From an uncultured Erysipelotrichaceae bacterium (GTDB lineage Bacteria > Bacillota_I > Bacilli_A > Erysipelotrichales > Erysipelotrichaceae): DNA of 64,000 nucleotides. A model generated the notes under the pieces. That model had not been told where the DNA came from. It did not search any database and was given only the letters and a program-made list of their open reading frames with translations. Shown piece after piece: positions 37,957 to 47,346 of the stretch. The stretch's first letter is position 1. The number at the start of each line of letters is the position of its first letter. Location of the stretch: NCBI GenBank assembly GCA_902778375.1, contig CACYXJ010000002.1, forward strand, positions 14,231-78,230. The letters are read 5' to 3'. The position numbers and the translations under genes were made by a program.

Positions 37957-38658
37957 ATGACAAAAGCAATTTTAATGGCAGCAGGTCTGGGTACGAGAAT
38001 GAGACCGCTGACAGAAACGATGCCGAAGCCGATGATAGAGGTGAACGGTACACCGATGGTCGAAACTGTTGTAAAGGGACTTCTGGAAAACAATGTCGAC
38101 AAACTGTATGTTGTTGTCGGCTATCTGAAGGACAAATTCGCGCCTCTGGCGGAGAAGTATCCTGAGATTGTCCTTGTCGAAAATACCGAATATACCATCA
38201 AGAACAATATTTCTTCGATTCACGCAGCAGCAGATTACATGCATGGGGATGATTTCTTTATCTGTGAAGCAGATCTGTATGTATCGGATCCTTCTATCTT
38301 CGCAATTCCGCATAAACAGTCCTGCTATTATGGCGTCATGGTGAAAGGCCATTCCGATGACTGGGTATTTGATCAGGATGAAAACGGACGGATCATCCGT
38401 GTCGGTAAATGCGGAGATGATGTATATAACATGTGCGGTGTTTCCTGGTTCAACCAGAACGATATTGAGACTCTGCGTGACTGCATTCTGAAAGAATATG
38501 AAAATGAAGGACACGAGCAGCTTTTCTGGGATGATGTTGTTGACAGGAATCTGGATGTTCTGAATCTGACAGTATGTCCGATCGACAGAAAGCAGATCAT
38601 CGAACTGGATACTGCTGATGAACTGTATGAATTTGAAAAAACACTGAACAAGGATTAG
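37957..38658 (+). CDS. licC: LicC-type choline/ethanolamine-phosphate cytidylyltransferase
   Basis: 'KAILMAAGLGTRMRPLTETMPKP', 'GYLKDKF', 'GVSWF', 'FWDDVV', 'ELDT', closely resembling pneumococcal LicC; AAGGAG before ATG 37957. Substrate not proven. Confidence 0.75.
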   Translation: MTKAILMAAGLGTRMRPLTETMPKPMIEVNGTPMVETVVKGLLENNVDKLYVVVGYLKDKFAPLAEKYPEIVLVENTEYTIKNNISSIHAAADYMHGDDFFICEADLYVSDPSIFAIPHKQSCYYGVMVKGHSDDWVFDQDENGRIIRVGKCGDDVYNMCGVSWFNQNDIETLRDCILKEYENEGHEQLFWDDVVDRNLDVLNLTVCPIDRKQIIELDTADELYEFEKTLNKD

Positions 38659-38674
38659 ACAGAAGGCTGCTTAA

Positions 38675-40150
38675 ATGAGTACAAACAAAAATGACAAACA
38701 GCCGGGTCTGCAGAGACAGCTGAGTCCGATGCATGTATGGGCAATCGCCTTTGGATGCATTATTGGCTGGGGCTCCTTTGTAAACCCGGGCAAAAAGTTT
38801 CTTCCTAATTCCGGTGTAGCCGGAACTGCAATTGCCATGGTGCTTGGTGCACTGGTCATGATGGTCATTGCCTGCAGTTATGCCTACATGGTTCCGAAAT
38901 ATCCGAAAGCCGGCGGCGAGTTTACCTTTACCAAGGCCTGCTTCGGCAAACGGGCGGCATATGTCTGCGGCTGGTTCCTGGTTGCGGCATATCTGACCAA
39001 TGTTCCGATGAATTCCACCGCAATCGGACTGATCGTGGACGGTCTGGACGGAGCTGCGGATATTCTGAAATTCGGATTTCATTATACGATTGCCGGCTTT
39101 GACGTCTATATGGGAGAGATGCTGTTCGCAATGTCGATTCTGGTGTTGTTTGGCTGGCTGAATATTGTCGGTGTCAAAAAGGCCGGCTTTGTTCAGACCG
39201 TATTGGCTGCATTGCTGGCATTATCAGTCGGCACGCTGACCATCGCAGCAATTATCAGTTCCAAGACTAGTACTGCCAACATGGCTCCGCTCTGGGGTTT
39301 TGACAAAGCATCCGCGATTGCGGCATACAAAGCCGGAACCTATACCGGAGTGGATGAATTTGCCAATACCAATATCATGTCGGCGATTCTGGCAACCTTT
39401 GCCATTGCACCATGGGCATATGTCGGCTTCGACACGATTCCCCAGGCAGCGGAAGAGTTCAAATTTTCCTATAAAAAAGTCAGCATGATCATGGTTGTTG
39501 CCATTGTCTTCGGCTGCTTTGTCTATACGGCAAACAATACGATTACTGCAGCTGCCCTGGAGAACTGGCCGGATCTGATCGTTGAATCGTCTTCCACTCC
39601 GTGGCTGCTTCTGGCTGCGGCGGAAAGACTTCTGGGGACACCGGGCAAAATTCTTGTTGGCGTTGCTGTGTCGTGTGCAGTTCTGTCGGGTATTATGGGA
39701 TTCTATCTTGCGTCAAGCCGTCTGATGTATTCCATGAGCAGAGACGGATATCTTCCTGATTTCTTCGGAAAGATCGATGAAAAACACGGAACCCCGAAAA
39801 ATGCGATGCTGTTCTGTATCGCTGTATCCCTGACCGGACCGGTTCTCGGCCGTGAGGCACTGGGCTGGTTTGTGGATATGTCCGCGATCGGAGCATCGAT
39901 CGGCTTCATGTTCACCTGCATGTCGACAATCGTTACCATGAAGCGCAATCAGGACAGGAGTCCGTTCCTGAAATGGATGGCTGTCCTTGGTGCGACATTC
40001 TCACTGGCGTTTATTGTTCTGCAGCTGGTTCCGATTCCGGGACTGGAAGGGGTACATTTCGGCGGGGAATCCTATGTACTTCTGGTCGTCTGGATCGTAT
40101 TGGGAATTATGTTTTATATCTATCAGGTTGATGAAATCAACGCATCATAA
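38675..40150 (+). CDS. APC-family amino acid/amine permease
   Basis: 'AFGCIIGWG', 'PKAGGEF', 'WAYVGFD', 'ASSRLMYSM', ~12 TMs. Confidence 0.85.
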   Translation: MSTNKNDKQPGLQRQLSPMHVWAIAFGCIIGWGSFVNPGKKFLPNSGVAGTAIAMVLGALVMMVIACSYAYMVPKYPKAGGEFTFTKACFGKRAAYVCGWFLVAAYLTNVPMNSTAIGLIVDGLDGAADILKFGFHYTIAGFDVYMGEMLFAMSILVLFGWLNIVGVKKAGFVQTVLAALLALSVGTLTIAAIISSKTSTANMAPLWGFDKASAIAAYKAGTYTGVDEFANTNIMSAILATFAIAPWAYVGFDTIPQAAEEFKFSYKKVSMIMVVAIVFGCFVYTANNTITAAALENWPDLIVESSSTPWLLLAAAERLLGTPGKILVGVAVSCAVLSGIMGFYLASSRLMYSMSRDGYLPDFFGKIDEKHGTPKNAMLFCIAVSLTGPVLGREALGWFVDMSAIGASIGFMFTCMSTIVTMKRNQDRSPFLKWMAVLGATFSLAFIVLQLVPIPGLEGVHFGGESYVLLVVWIVLGIMFYIYQVDEINAS

Positions 40151-40160
40151 GCAGACAGTA

Positions 40161-40203
40161 AAGGCATGGATGCGCAGAAATGCGTAATAATCCATGCCTT
40201 TTT
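40161..40203 (+). terminator. Terminator after the APC permease
   Basis: AAGGCATGGAT...ATCCATGCCTT-TTT. Confidence 0.7.
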
Positions 40204-40260
40204 GAGCAATATCATATATTATATATAGGTTAGAGCATTAGTTGAAACAGGGGTATAGTT

Positions 40261-42375
40261 ATGGGCTTTTTGGGACAGATACTGGGACCGTTCATGAGTT
40301 TTTGTTACAATCTGACAAAAAACTACGGCCTGGCAATTATATTATTCACTCTGATCAGTAAGTTTATTCTGCTTCCGATTTCGGTGTGGGTGCAGAAAAA
40401 CTCGATTACCATGGTGAAGATCGAGCCGGAAGTCAACCGGATCAAGATCAAGCATTTTGGTGACAAGGATACAATTGCTGAAGAACAGCAGAAACTTTAT
40501 AAAAAGGAACATTATAATCCGCTGGCATCCCTCGTACCGCTGATCGCCCAGATTGTTTTGCTGATGGGTGTTGTCGAGGTTATTTATCATCCTCTGGATT
40601 ATGTCCTGCGGGTACCGCAGCCGGTTGCTCAGGACATGATGAAAGTGACTCTGGAGAATGTGGATTTCCTGGATGAAGAATCCAGTTCGATTCAGATCTA
40701 TACAGTAGAGGATATTCAGGCGGGAAATGAAGCCGATTATCTGCAACTGCAGGAAAAATACCCGGATACGGATCTGCAGCCTGTCATCGATTCCTGTAAG
40801 AACTTCAATATGAAATTCCTGGGAATCGATCTGGGATGGATCGCATCTGAGGTCGGCGGTATTGCCCTGATTGCTCCGCTGCTGGCGGGTCTTTCCTCCC
40901 TGCTGCTGGCAATTGCCCAGAACAAAATCAATCCGTTGCAGGCAGAGCAGTCCAACGCCAATAAATACGGCATGCTGGCATTTTCTGTTGCGCTGTCGTT
41001 ATATCTTGGCATGTTTGTTCCGGCCGGTGTCGCACTTTACTGGGTTGCCAGCAACCTGATGGCGATCATCCAGCAGTGGCTGATGAACAAAGCCATTAAT
41101 CCGGAGAAATATGTTGACTATGAAGCTTTGGAGTCGACACGCGAAGAACTGAAATCGCTGTCCGGCGGAGACAAGAAACTGAAATTCAACGATCCGCTGG
41201 CGAAACGTGCGAAAGCAGACTATAAACGTTTCTTCTCGATCGAAAACAAGCACCTTGTTTTCTATTCAGAAAGCAACGGTTTCTATAAATACTTCAAGGG
41301 TATGATCGAATATATCCTGAAGTATACGAATATTCCTGTTCATTACATCACCAGTGATCCGAACGACCAGATCTTTGAACTGGCAAAAGAGAATGATCAG
41401 ATCAAGCCGTACTTCATCGATCCAATCACACTGATCACATTGATGATGAAGATGGATGCAGATGTTGTCGTCATGACAATGCCTGACCTTGAAACGTATC
41501 AGATCAAACGTTCCTATGTCCGCAAGGATATTGAATATATCAATATTTCCCATGGAATGGGATCCCTGAATATGACTTTCCGTAAGGGTGCCCTGGATCA
41601 TTTCGACACAGTATACGCATCCGGAAAGCATCAGAAGGAAGAACTGGAGAAACAGGAAGAATTCTATCATCTCCCGAAGAAGAATATTTTCGAAGGCGGC
41701 TATCCGCTGCTCGATGACATGCGGGCCAGTTATGCTGCTTCAGAAAAGCCGGTTCATGAGAAAAAACAGATTCTGATTGCTCCGTCATGGCAAAAGGACA
41801 ATATCGTTGACAGCTGTCTGGACGAAATTCTCGAGCAGTTGAAAGGACATGGCTATCAGATCACGGTCCGTCCGCATCCGCAGCATGTACGCCATATGCC
41901 GGAAAAGATGGAAGCGCTCAAGCAGAAGTTTGCCAACGATCATGATATTGAGATCCAGACCGACTTCTCCAAAACCAGCAATGTCTTTGAGGCCGATCTG
42001 ATGATTACCGACTGGTCGGATATTTCCCACGAATTTGCCTATACGACATACAAACCGGTTCTCTTTATCGATACTCCGATGAAGGTCATGAATCCGGAAT
42101 ATCAGAATATCGATACAGTTCCGATCAACATCTGGGTAAGAGATGAAATCGGTATGGTTGTCGGACTGGATAAACTGGACGAAATACCTGAAAAGGTTGA
42201 ATACATGCTGTCGCATACAGAAGAGTATCATGAGCGCATTGATAAACTTGCGCACGAATATGTATATCACCTTGACGAAAGTGTGCCTTATGATGCCCGC
42301 TATATTATCGAGGCGGTATTCAGAAAAGTAGAAGAAAGAAACGGTGTAAAAGCAGAAAATGTACAGACTGCTTAA
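40261..42375 (+). CDS. Fusion: YidC/Oxa1 insertase + TagF-like (CDP-glycerol glycerophosphotransferase-type) domain
   Basis: YidC 'NYGLAIILFTLISKFILLP', 'EEQQKLYKKEHYNPL', 'GVALYWVASN'; TagF-like 'SHG', 'GYP.LD', 'APSW', 'RPHP', 'DLMITDWSDI'. Confidence 0.82.
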   Translation: MGFLGQILGPFMSFCYNLTKNYGLAIILFTLISKFILLPISVWVQKNSITMVKIEPEVNRIKIKHFGDKDTIAEEQQKLYKKEHYNPLASLVPLIAQIVLLMGVVEVIYHPLDYVLRVPQPVAQDMMKVTLENVDFLDEESSSIQIYTVEDIQAGNEADYLQLQEKYPDTDLQPVIDSCKNFNMKFLGIDLGWIASEVGGIALIAPLLAGLSSLLLAIAQNKINPLQAEQSNANKYGMLAFSVALSLYLGMFVPAGVALYWVASNLMAIIQQWLMNKAINPEKYVDYEALESTREELKSLSGGDKKLKFNDPLAKRAKADYKRFFSIENKHLVFYSESNGFYKYFKGMIEYILKYTNIPVHYITSDPNDQIFELAKENDQIKPYFIDPITLITLMMKMDADVVVMTMPDLETYQIKRSYVRKDIEYINISHGMGSLNMTFRKGALDHFDTVYASGKHQKEELEKQEEFYHLPKKNIFEGGYPLLDDMRASYAASEKPVHEKKQILIAPSWQKDNIVDSCLDEILEQLKGHGYQITVRPHPQHVRHMPEKMEALKQKFANDHDIEIQTDFSKTSNVFEADLMITDWSDISHEFAYTTYKPVLFIDTPMKVMNPEYQNIDTVPINIWVRDEIGMVVGLDKLDEIPEKVEYMLSHTEEYHERIDKLAHEYVYHLDESVPYDARYIIEAVFRKVEERNGVKAENVQTA

Positions 42376-44341
42376 AACGACATTCAAATATCTGTATTTC
42401 TCAGCAGCATTCCTGCTTCTTTTCACCGTTCCTGTTCAGGCTTATATCGATCCTTCGGTCATGACATATGCCATCCAGGCACTTGCCGGTATCGCGATCG
42501 CTCTGGGTACATTCTTCGGTCTTTACTGGCGTAAGATCCGTAAGCCGGTACTGAAATTCTTTAACCTGGATGAAACCGTCGGACGTGAAGAAGAATCGGA
42601 TGAACTTGTCTTTTTCGATCCCTCTGTGATGAAGGAAGAAAAACGGATCATTCTGCCGAAGACTGCCGAAGGAAAGACTTCCGAGGACAGAAAGAAAGGA
42701 AAACTGCGGGAAATTGCAGAAGATATGATACCGGCGCTGTTTATTACGCTGTCCGGTTGCTTCATGGTGTGTATCTATGCACCGCTGGATCTATTCTTCA
42801 ACAATAAGAATGAATTCTGGTTCAATGCCGGCATTCTGGTGCCGCAGCTGATCCGTATGTTCTGTATGTTTGTGCCGGCTGTGCTGCTGATATACCTGCT
42901 TTGCCGGCTGATCAGCAAAAAGGTTTATTCCGGCGCTCTGTTTATTTCCACAGCTGCATTTATCTGCTCGTACATACAGGGCAATTTCCGCATCAGGAAT
43001 CTGCCGCCGATGGACGGTTCGTCTGTTGACTGGACGATTTATGACACAGAAAATGCCATTACGGCAATAATATGGGTCATTGTGATTACTGCTCTTCTGT
43101 ATGTTTACAAGTATGTCAGGGATAAAGGATTTAAAGCTGTTGTCGAAGTGGTAAGCTGTCTGCTGCTTGTAATTCTTTCCGTTTCTCTCTTTACTTCCTA
43201 TCTGGGCTCCCGGAATATTGTGGAGAAGAGCGTGTTCGTTTCTACCAAGGACCATGAGTTTGAGGTATCCGATACAGAGAATTTCTTTATTCTGGTGGTG
43301 GATGCCGTGGATGCCGACCGATATGCTGATGTATTCAACAGTCATCCTGAATATCAGGAATGGTTCGAAGATTTCACATTCTTCCAGAATGTCACCAGTA
43401 TCTATCCGTTTACATCCAGAGCCATTCCGCAGATTCTGACCGGAGAAGTCTATGAAAACGAAATGGACTTCACGGAGTTTGTCACCCAGGCTATGGACAG
43501 GTGTCAGTTCTTTCAGACACTGGAAAATGACGGTTACCGGATGGGAATATATGAATGCGAACTGCCATATAACGGCGACAAGCTTCACCGGTTTGAAAAT
43601 ATGAAAACCGACGATGTCGATCTGAATCCGGCTGCGAAAAACACCTTCATCAAAGAACAGTTCAAACTGACACTGTTCAAGTACCTGCCGTACTACTTCA
43701 AGAAATTCATTCACTGCAACACAAACAGTTTTTCCAGCATGATCTGGCCGGAACCGTTCCTGATGGTCAACCGTGATTTCTATGAAGATCTGCTGGAAGA
43801 CAATGTCGGGCATACAGGCGATAAGGTTTTCCGTTATTACCATGTGGAAGGCGGACATGTACCGTTTGTCTATGACAAGGATGTAAATTCGATTCCTGAG
43901 GAAGAAGGTACATACCGTCAGAACGTGGAAGCCAGCATGACGATTGCCGGTGCTTTTGTAAACAAGCTGAGAGAGGCTGGGGTTTATGATAACGCGACCA
44001 TTATTATCATGGCCGACCATGGATACAGCGATGATGTCGGCGGAATTATGGACCGTTTCAATCCGCTCCTGATGATCAAGAGTTTCGGAGAGAAACATCC
44101 GTATGCAGTATCCCAGGCGCCGCTTTCCTATGTGGATCTTCCGGAAGCGTATAACCGGCTGCTGGAGCATAAAACTGCTGAAGAATGCTTTGATGCCCGG
44201 GAAGGCGACGCAAGAGTCAGAAGACTGCTGTGGCTTGAATGGCTGAAAGAAGAATACATGGTTGAATACTATCAGGACGGTTATGCATCGGATTATCAGA
44301 ATATCAAACCGACCGGTAAAGAATTCAGATTGGAGCAGTGA
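42359..44341 (+). CDS. LtaS/EptA-like membrane transferase, paralogue 2 (YIDPS module)
   Basis: 'VQA|YIDPSVMTYAIQ', 'VDAVD', 'FTSRAIPQILTG', 'HVEGGHVPF', 'MADHG'; overlaps the yidC fusion by 17 bp. Confidence 0.75.
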   Translation: MYRLLKTTFKYLYFSAAFLLLFTVPVQAYIDPSVMTYAIQALAGIAIALGTFFGLYWRKIRKPVLKFFNLDETVGREEESDELVFFDPSVMKEEKRIILPKTAEGKTSEDRKKGKLREIAEDMIPALFITLSGCFMVCIYAPLDLFFNNKNEFWFNAGILVPQLIRMFCMFVPAVLLIYLLCRLISKKVYSGALFISTAAFICSYIQGNFRIRNLPPMDGSSVDWTIYDTENAITAIIWVIVITALLYVYKYVRDKGFKAVVEVVSCLLLVILSVSLFTSYLGSRNIVEKSVFVSTKDHEFEVSDTENFFILVVDAVDADRYADVFNSHPEYQEWFEDFTFFQNVTSIYPFTSRAIPQILTGEVYENEMDFTEFVTQAMDRCQFFQTLENDGYRMGIYECELPYNGDKLHRFENMKTDDVDLNPAAKNTFIKEQFKLTLFKYLPYYFKKFIHCNTNSFSSMIWPEPFLMVNRDFYEDLLEDNVGHTGDKVFRYYHVEGGHVPFVYDKDVNSIPEEEGTYRQNVEASMTIAGAFVNKLREAGVYDNATIIIMADHGYSDDVGGIMDRFNPLLMIKSFGEKHPYAVSQAPLSYVDLPEAYNRLLEHKTAEECFDAREGDARVRRLLWLEWLKEEYMVEYYQDGYASDYQNIKPTGKEFRLEQ

Positions 44342-44350
44342 AGAAATAAC

Positions 44351-46330
44351 ATGAGAAAAATGCTGAAAAGCGGAATACGGTATGTTTATTTTTCAACAGC
44401 CTTTCTGTTTCTTTTCACAATCCAGGCAAATGCATATATTGATCCTTCTGTCATGACCTATGCAATTCAGGCGCTTGCCGGTATTGCGATTGCATTAGGC
44501 ACATTCTTCGGACTGTACTGGCGAAAGATCCGGAAACCGATTCTTCACTTCTTTAATCTGGATGAAACCGCCGGAAGAGAAACAGAATCGGATGAACTGT
44601 ATTTTTATGATGCTTCCTGTATGAAGGAAGAAAGGCGTATCACACTGTCTTTGGACAGTCCGGATAAAAAGTCTGTAAAGGATAAAGGAAAGTTCGGACA
44701 GATTCTTTCCGACCTTGTACCGGCACTGTTCATTACTCTTTCCGGATGCTTTATGCTGTGTATCTGTGCGCCGCTGGATCTGTATTTCAACAATAAGAAT
44801 GAATTCTGGTTCAATACAGACATTCTTGTTCCGCAGCTGATCCGCATGATGTGCATGATTGCACCGGTTGTGCTTCTGGTGTATCTGCTGATCCGGCTCA
44901 TCAACAAAAAAGCATATTATATTTCTCTTGTCGTTTCTGTGATTGCCTTTGTATGTTCCTATATTCAGGGAAATTTCCGCATCAAAAATCTGCCTCCGAT
45001 GGACGGCTCTTCTGCCGACTGGTCACGCTATACAGGCGAGAACATCATAACGCTGCTGATATGGATTGCTGTCGGAACAATAGTGGTATGGATTTACCGG
45101 AAGGTAAAGGACAAAGGTTTTGCGTCCGTTGCGGAAGTGGTCAGTGTGCTGATGGCGGTTATTCTTTCCATTACACTTGTAACAACTGCCATTGGATCCA
45201 GAAATGTTATCAAGAAAGCATTGTATGTAGCAACAAAGGACGGTGAATTCAAAGCCTCAAAGCAGGATAATCTGTTTATTCTGGTTCTGGATGCGCTGGA
45301 TGCGTATACCTATGATGAAGTGGCACTTGCTCATCCGGAGTATAAAGAATGGTTTGCGAATTTTACGTATTATCCGAATACGACCAGCGTGTTTCCGTTT
45401 ACGACCCGCTCCATACCGCAGATGTTGACGGGAAAGATTTTCGAAAACGAAACGGACTTTACAGAATACAGCACGGATGCACTGGACAATGCGGAATTCC
45501 TGCGGCATCTTGAAGAACGCAATTATCAGATCGGTATTTATGAAACCGAATTATCCTATAACGGAGATAAACTGTCCCGTTTTGAAAACATCCGGACAGA
45601 TGATGTTGAACTGAACATGGCTGCGAAGAACACCTTTATCAAGGAACAGTTCAAGCTTGTTCTCTTCAAATATCTCCCGTACTGTTTCAAGCAGTATGTT
45701 GACTGCAATACCAACAGTTTTATCAGTATGATCTGGCCGCCGCCGTTCCGTACGGACAACTGGGATTTTTACAATGATATCCATACAGCGGAAACCGAAT
45801 ATATCGACCAGAACAATTTCCGGTTTATTCACGTGGAAGGAGCACATGTGCCTTTCAGATATGACAAGGATATGAACTGGATTTCTGAAGACGAGGGATC
45901 ATATTACAAAAATATCGAAGCGAGCATGACGCTTGCCAATGCATATATTCAGAAACTGAAAGATGCCGGAGTGTATGATAATTCCGCAATCATTATCATG
46001 GCTGACCACGGCTCCAGAATTCTTGATGAAGAGGAAGATGAATTATACAAATTCAATCCGATCTTCATGGTCAAGGGAATCGGAGAAAATCATGAGTACC
46101 GTGTCGATCAGGCACCGCTCTCCTATGAAGATCTGATCGAATGCTATGAAAGGCTGATGGATCATAAGCCCGCATCAGAATGTTTTGACTGGAAAGAGGG
46201 AGATCACCGTGTCAGACGGCTGATCTGGTCGGCATGGCTGCAGGAAGACCACATGATCGAATATACATTGGACGGACATGCTTCAGAATTTGAAAAAATG
46301 GAACCGACAGGAAGAGAATTCAACCGATAA
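44351..46330 (+). CDS. LtaS/EptA-like membrane transferase, paralogue 3 (YIDPS module)
   Basis: 'ANA|YIDPSVMTYAIQ', 'LDALD', 'FTTRSIPQMLTG', 'HVEGAHVPF', 'MADHG'. Confidence 0.75.
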   Translation: MRKMLKSGIRYVYFSTAFLFLFTIQANAYIDPSVMTYAIQALAGIAIALGTFFGLYWRKIRKPILHFFNLDETAGRETESDELYFYDASCMKEERRITLSLDSPDKKSVKDKGKFGQILSDLVPALFITLSGCFMLCICAPLDLYFNNKNEFWFNTDILVPQLIRMMCMIAPVVLLVYLLIRLINKKAYYISLVVSVIAFVCSYIQGNFRIKNLPPMDGSSADWSRYTGENIITLLIWIAVGTIVVWIYRKVKDKGFASVAEVVSVLMAVILSITLVTTAIGSRNVIKKALYVATKDGEFKASKQDNLFILVLDALDAYTYDEVALAHPEYKEWFANFTYYPNTTSVFPFTTRSIPQMLTGKIFENETDFTEYSTDALDNAEFLRHLEERNYQIGIYETELSYNGDKLSRFENIRTDDVELNMAAKNTFIKEQFKLVLFKYLPYCFKQYVDCNTNSFISMIWPPPFRTDNWDFYNDIHTAETEYIDQNNFRFIHVEGAHVPFRYDKDMNWISEDEGSYYKNIEASMTLANAYIQKLKDAGVYDNSAIIIMADHGSRILDEEEDELYKFNPIFMVKGIGENHEYRVDQAPLSYEDLIECYERLMDHKPASECFDWKEGDHRVRRLIWSAWLQEDHMIEYTLDGHASEFEKMEPTGREFNR

Positions 46331-46338
46331 CGAAACAG

Positions 46339-46378
46339 CAGACCGCAATATGATTTTTGAATCCTGTTGCGGTCTGTT
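46339..46378 (+). terminator. Hairpin after paralogue 3
   Basis: CAGACCGCAA...TTGCGGTCTG-TT. Confidence 0.55.
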
Positions 46379-46409
46379 ATGATTAATAAGATAAACAGGA
46401 GTCTGATAT

Positions 46410-47330
46410 ATGAAGGTGTTTGTAACAGGTGTCGGCGGCCAGCTGGGTCACGATGTCATAAATGAATTGTATAAAAGAGGATATGAAGGTGTCGGCAGCG
46501 ATATTCAGCCTGCGTACAGCGGTGTACAGGATGGAACGGCTGTAACAACAGCACCGTATTTCCCGCTGGATATTACCGATCCGGAAGCAGTCGGGAAAGT
46601 AATCAGGGAAGTAAATCCGGATGTCGTCATTCATTGTGCCGCCTGGACGGCAGTGGATATGGCGGAAGATGATGACAAGGTGGAGAAAGTACGTGCGATC
46701 AACGCCGGCGGAACGCAGAACATTGCCAATGTCTGTAAGGAACTTGACTGCAAGATGGTCTATATCTCCACGGATTATGTCTTTGACGGCCAGGGAGAAA
46801 CACCATGGGATCCAGACTGTAAAGACTATAAGCCTTTGAATGTCTACGGTCAGACAAAGCTGGAAGGCGAACTTGCTGTGGCAAATACACTGGATAAATA
46901 CTTTATTGTCCGGATTGCCTGGGTATTTGGCCTGAACGGGAAGAACTTTATCAAAACCATGCTCAATGTCGGAAAGAAGTATGATACCGTGCGGGTCGTT
47001 AATGACCAGTTCGGAACGCCGACGTATACTCTGGACCTGGCCAGACTGCTTGTCGATATGATCGAAACTGAAAAATACGGGTACTATCATGCGACCAACG
47101 AAGGCGGATATATCTCCTGGTATGACTTCACCTGCGAAATCTTCAGACAGGCGGGGTATACAACAAAAGTCGTTCCGGTTACAACTGAAGAATACGGCTT
47201 AAGCAAAGCAGCCAGACCAACCAACAGCCGCCTGGATAAATCCAAGCTGGTAAAGAATGGTTTTGAACCTTTGCCGACATGGCAGGATGCGCTGGCAAGA
47301 TATTTAATACAGATAAAAGACTCTGAATGA
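46410..47330 (+). CDS. rmlD: dTDP-4-dehydrorhamnose reductase
   Basis: 'GVGGQLG', 'HCAAWTAVD', 'ISTDYVFDG', 'YGQTK', 'GTPTYT', 'AARPTNSRLD'. Confidence 0.92.
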   Translation: MKVFVTGVGGQLGHDVINELYKRGYEGVGSDIQPAYSGVQDGTAVTTAPYFPLDITDPEAVGKVIREVNPDVVIHCAAWTAVDMAEDDDKVEKVRAINAGGTQNIANVCKELDCKMVYISTDYVFDGQGETPWDPDCKDYKPLNVYGQTKLEGELAVANTLDKYFIVRIAWVFGLNGKNFIKTMLNVGKKYDTVRVVNDQFGTPTYTLDLARLLVDMIETEKYGYYHATNEGGYISWYDFTCEIFRQAGYTTKVVPVTTEEYGLSKAARPTNSRLDKSKLVKNGFEPLPTWQDALARYLIQIKDSE

Positions 47331-47346
47331 AAGGTAAGTGATGGAG

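Noticed and set aside
11201-44170. Long antisense ORFs (e.g. 11201-12187, 17164-18096, 20474-21316, 42791-44170)
   Set aside because: All shadow well-supported genes on the opposite strand and carry no motifs or RBS.
30098-46330. True sulfatases
   Set aside because: No CxPxR/SxPxR formylglycine motif; a Thr-type 'FT..(A/S).PQ.LTG' plus a TM domain indicates LtaS/EptA-like transferases.
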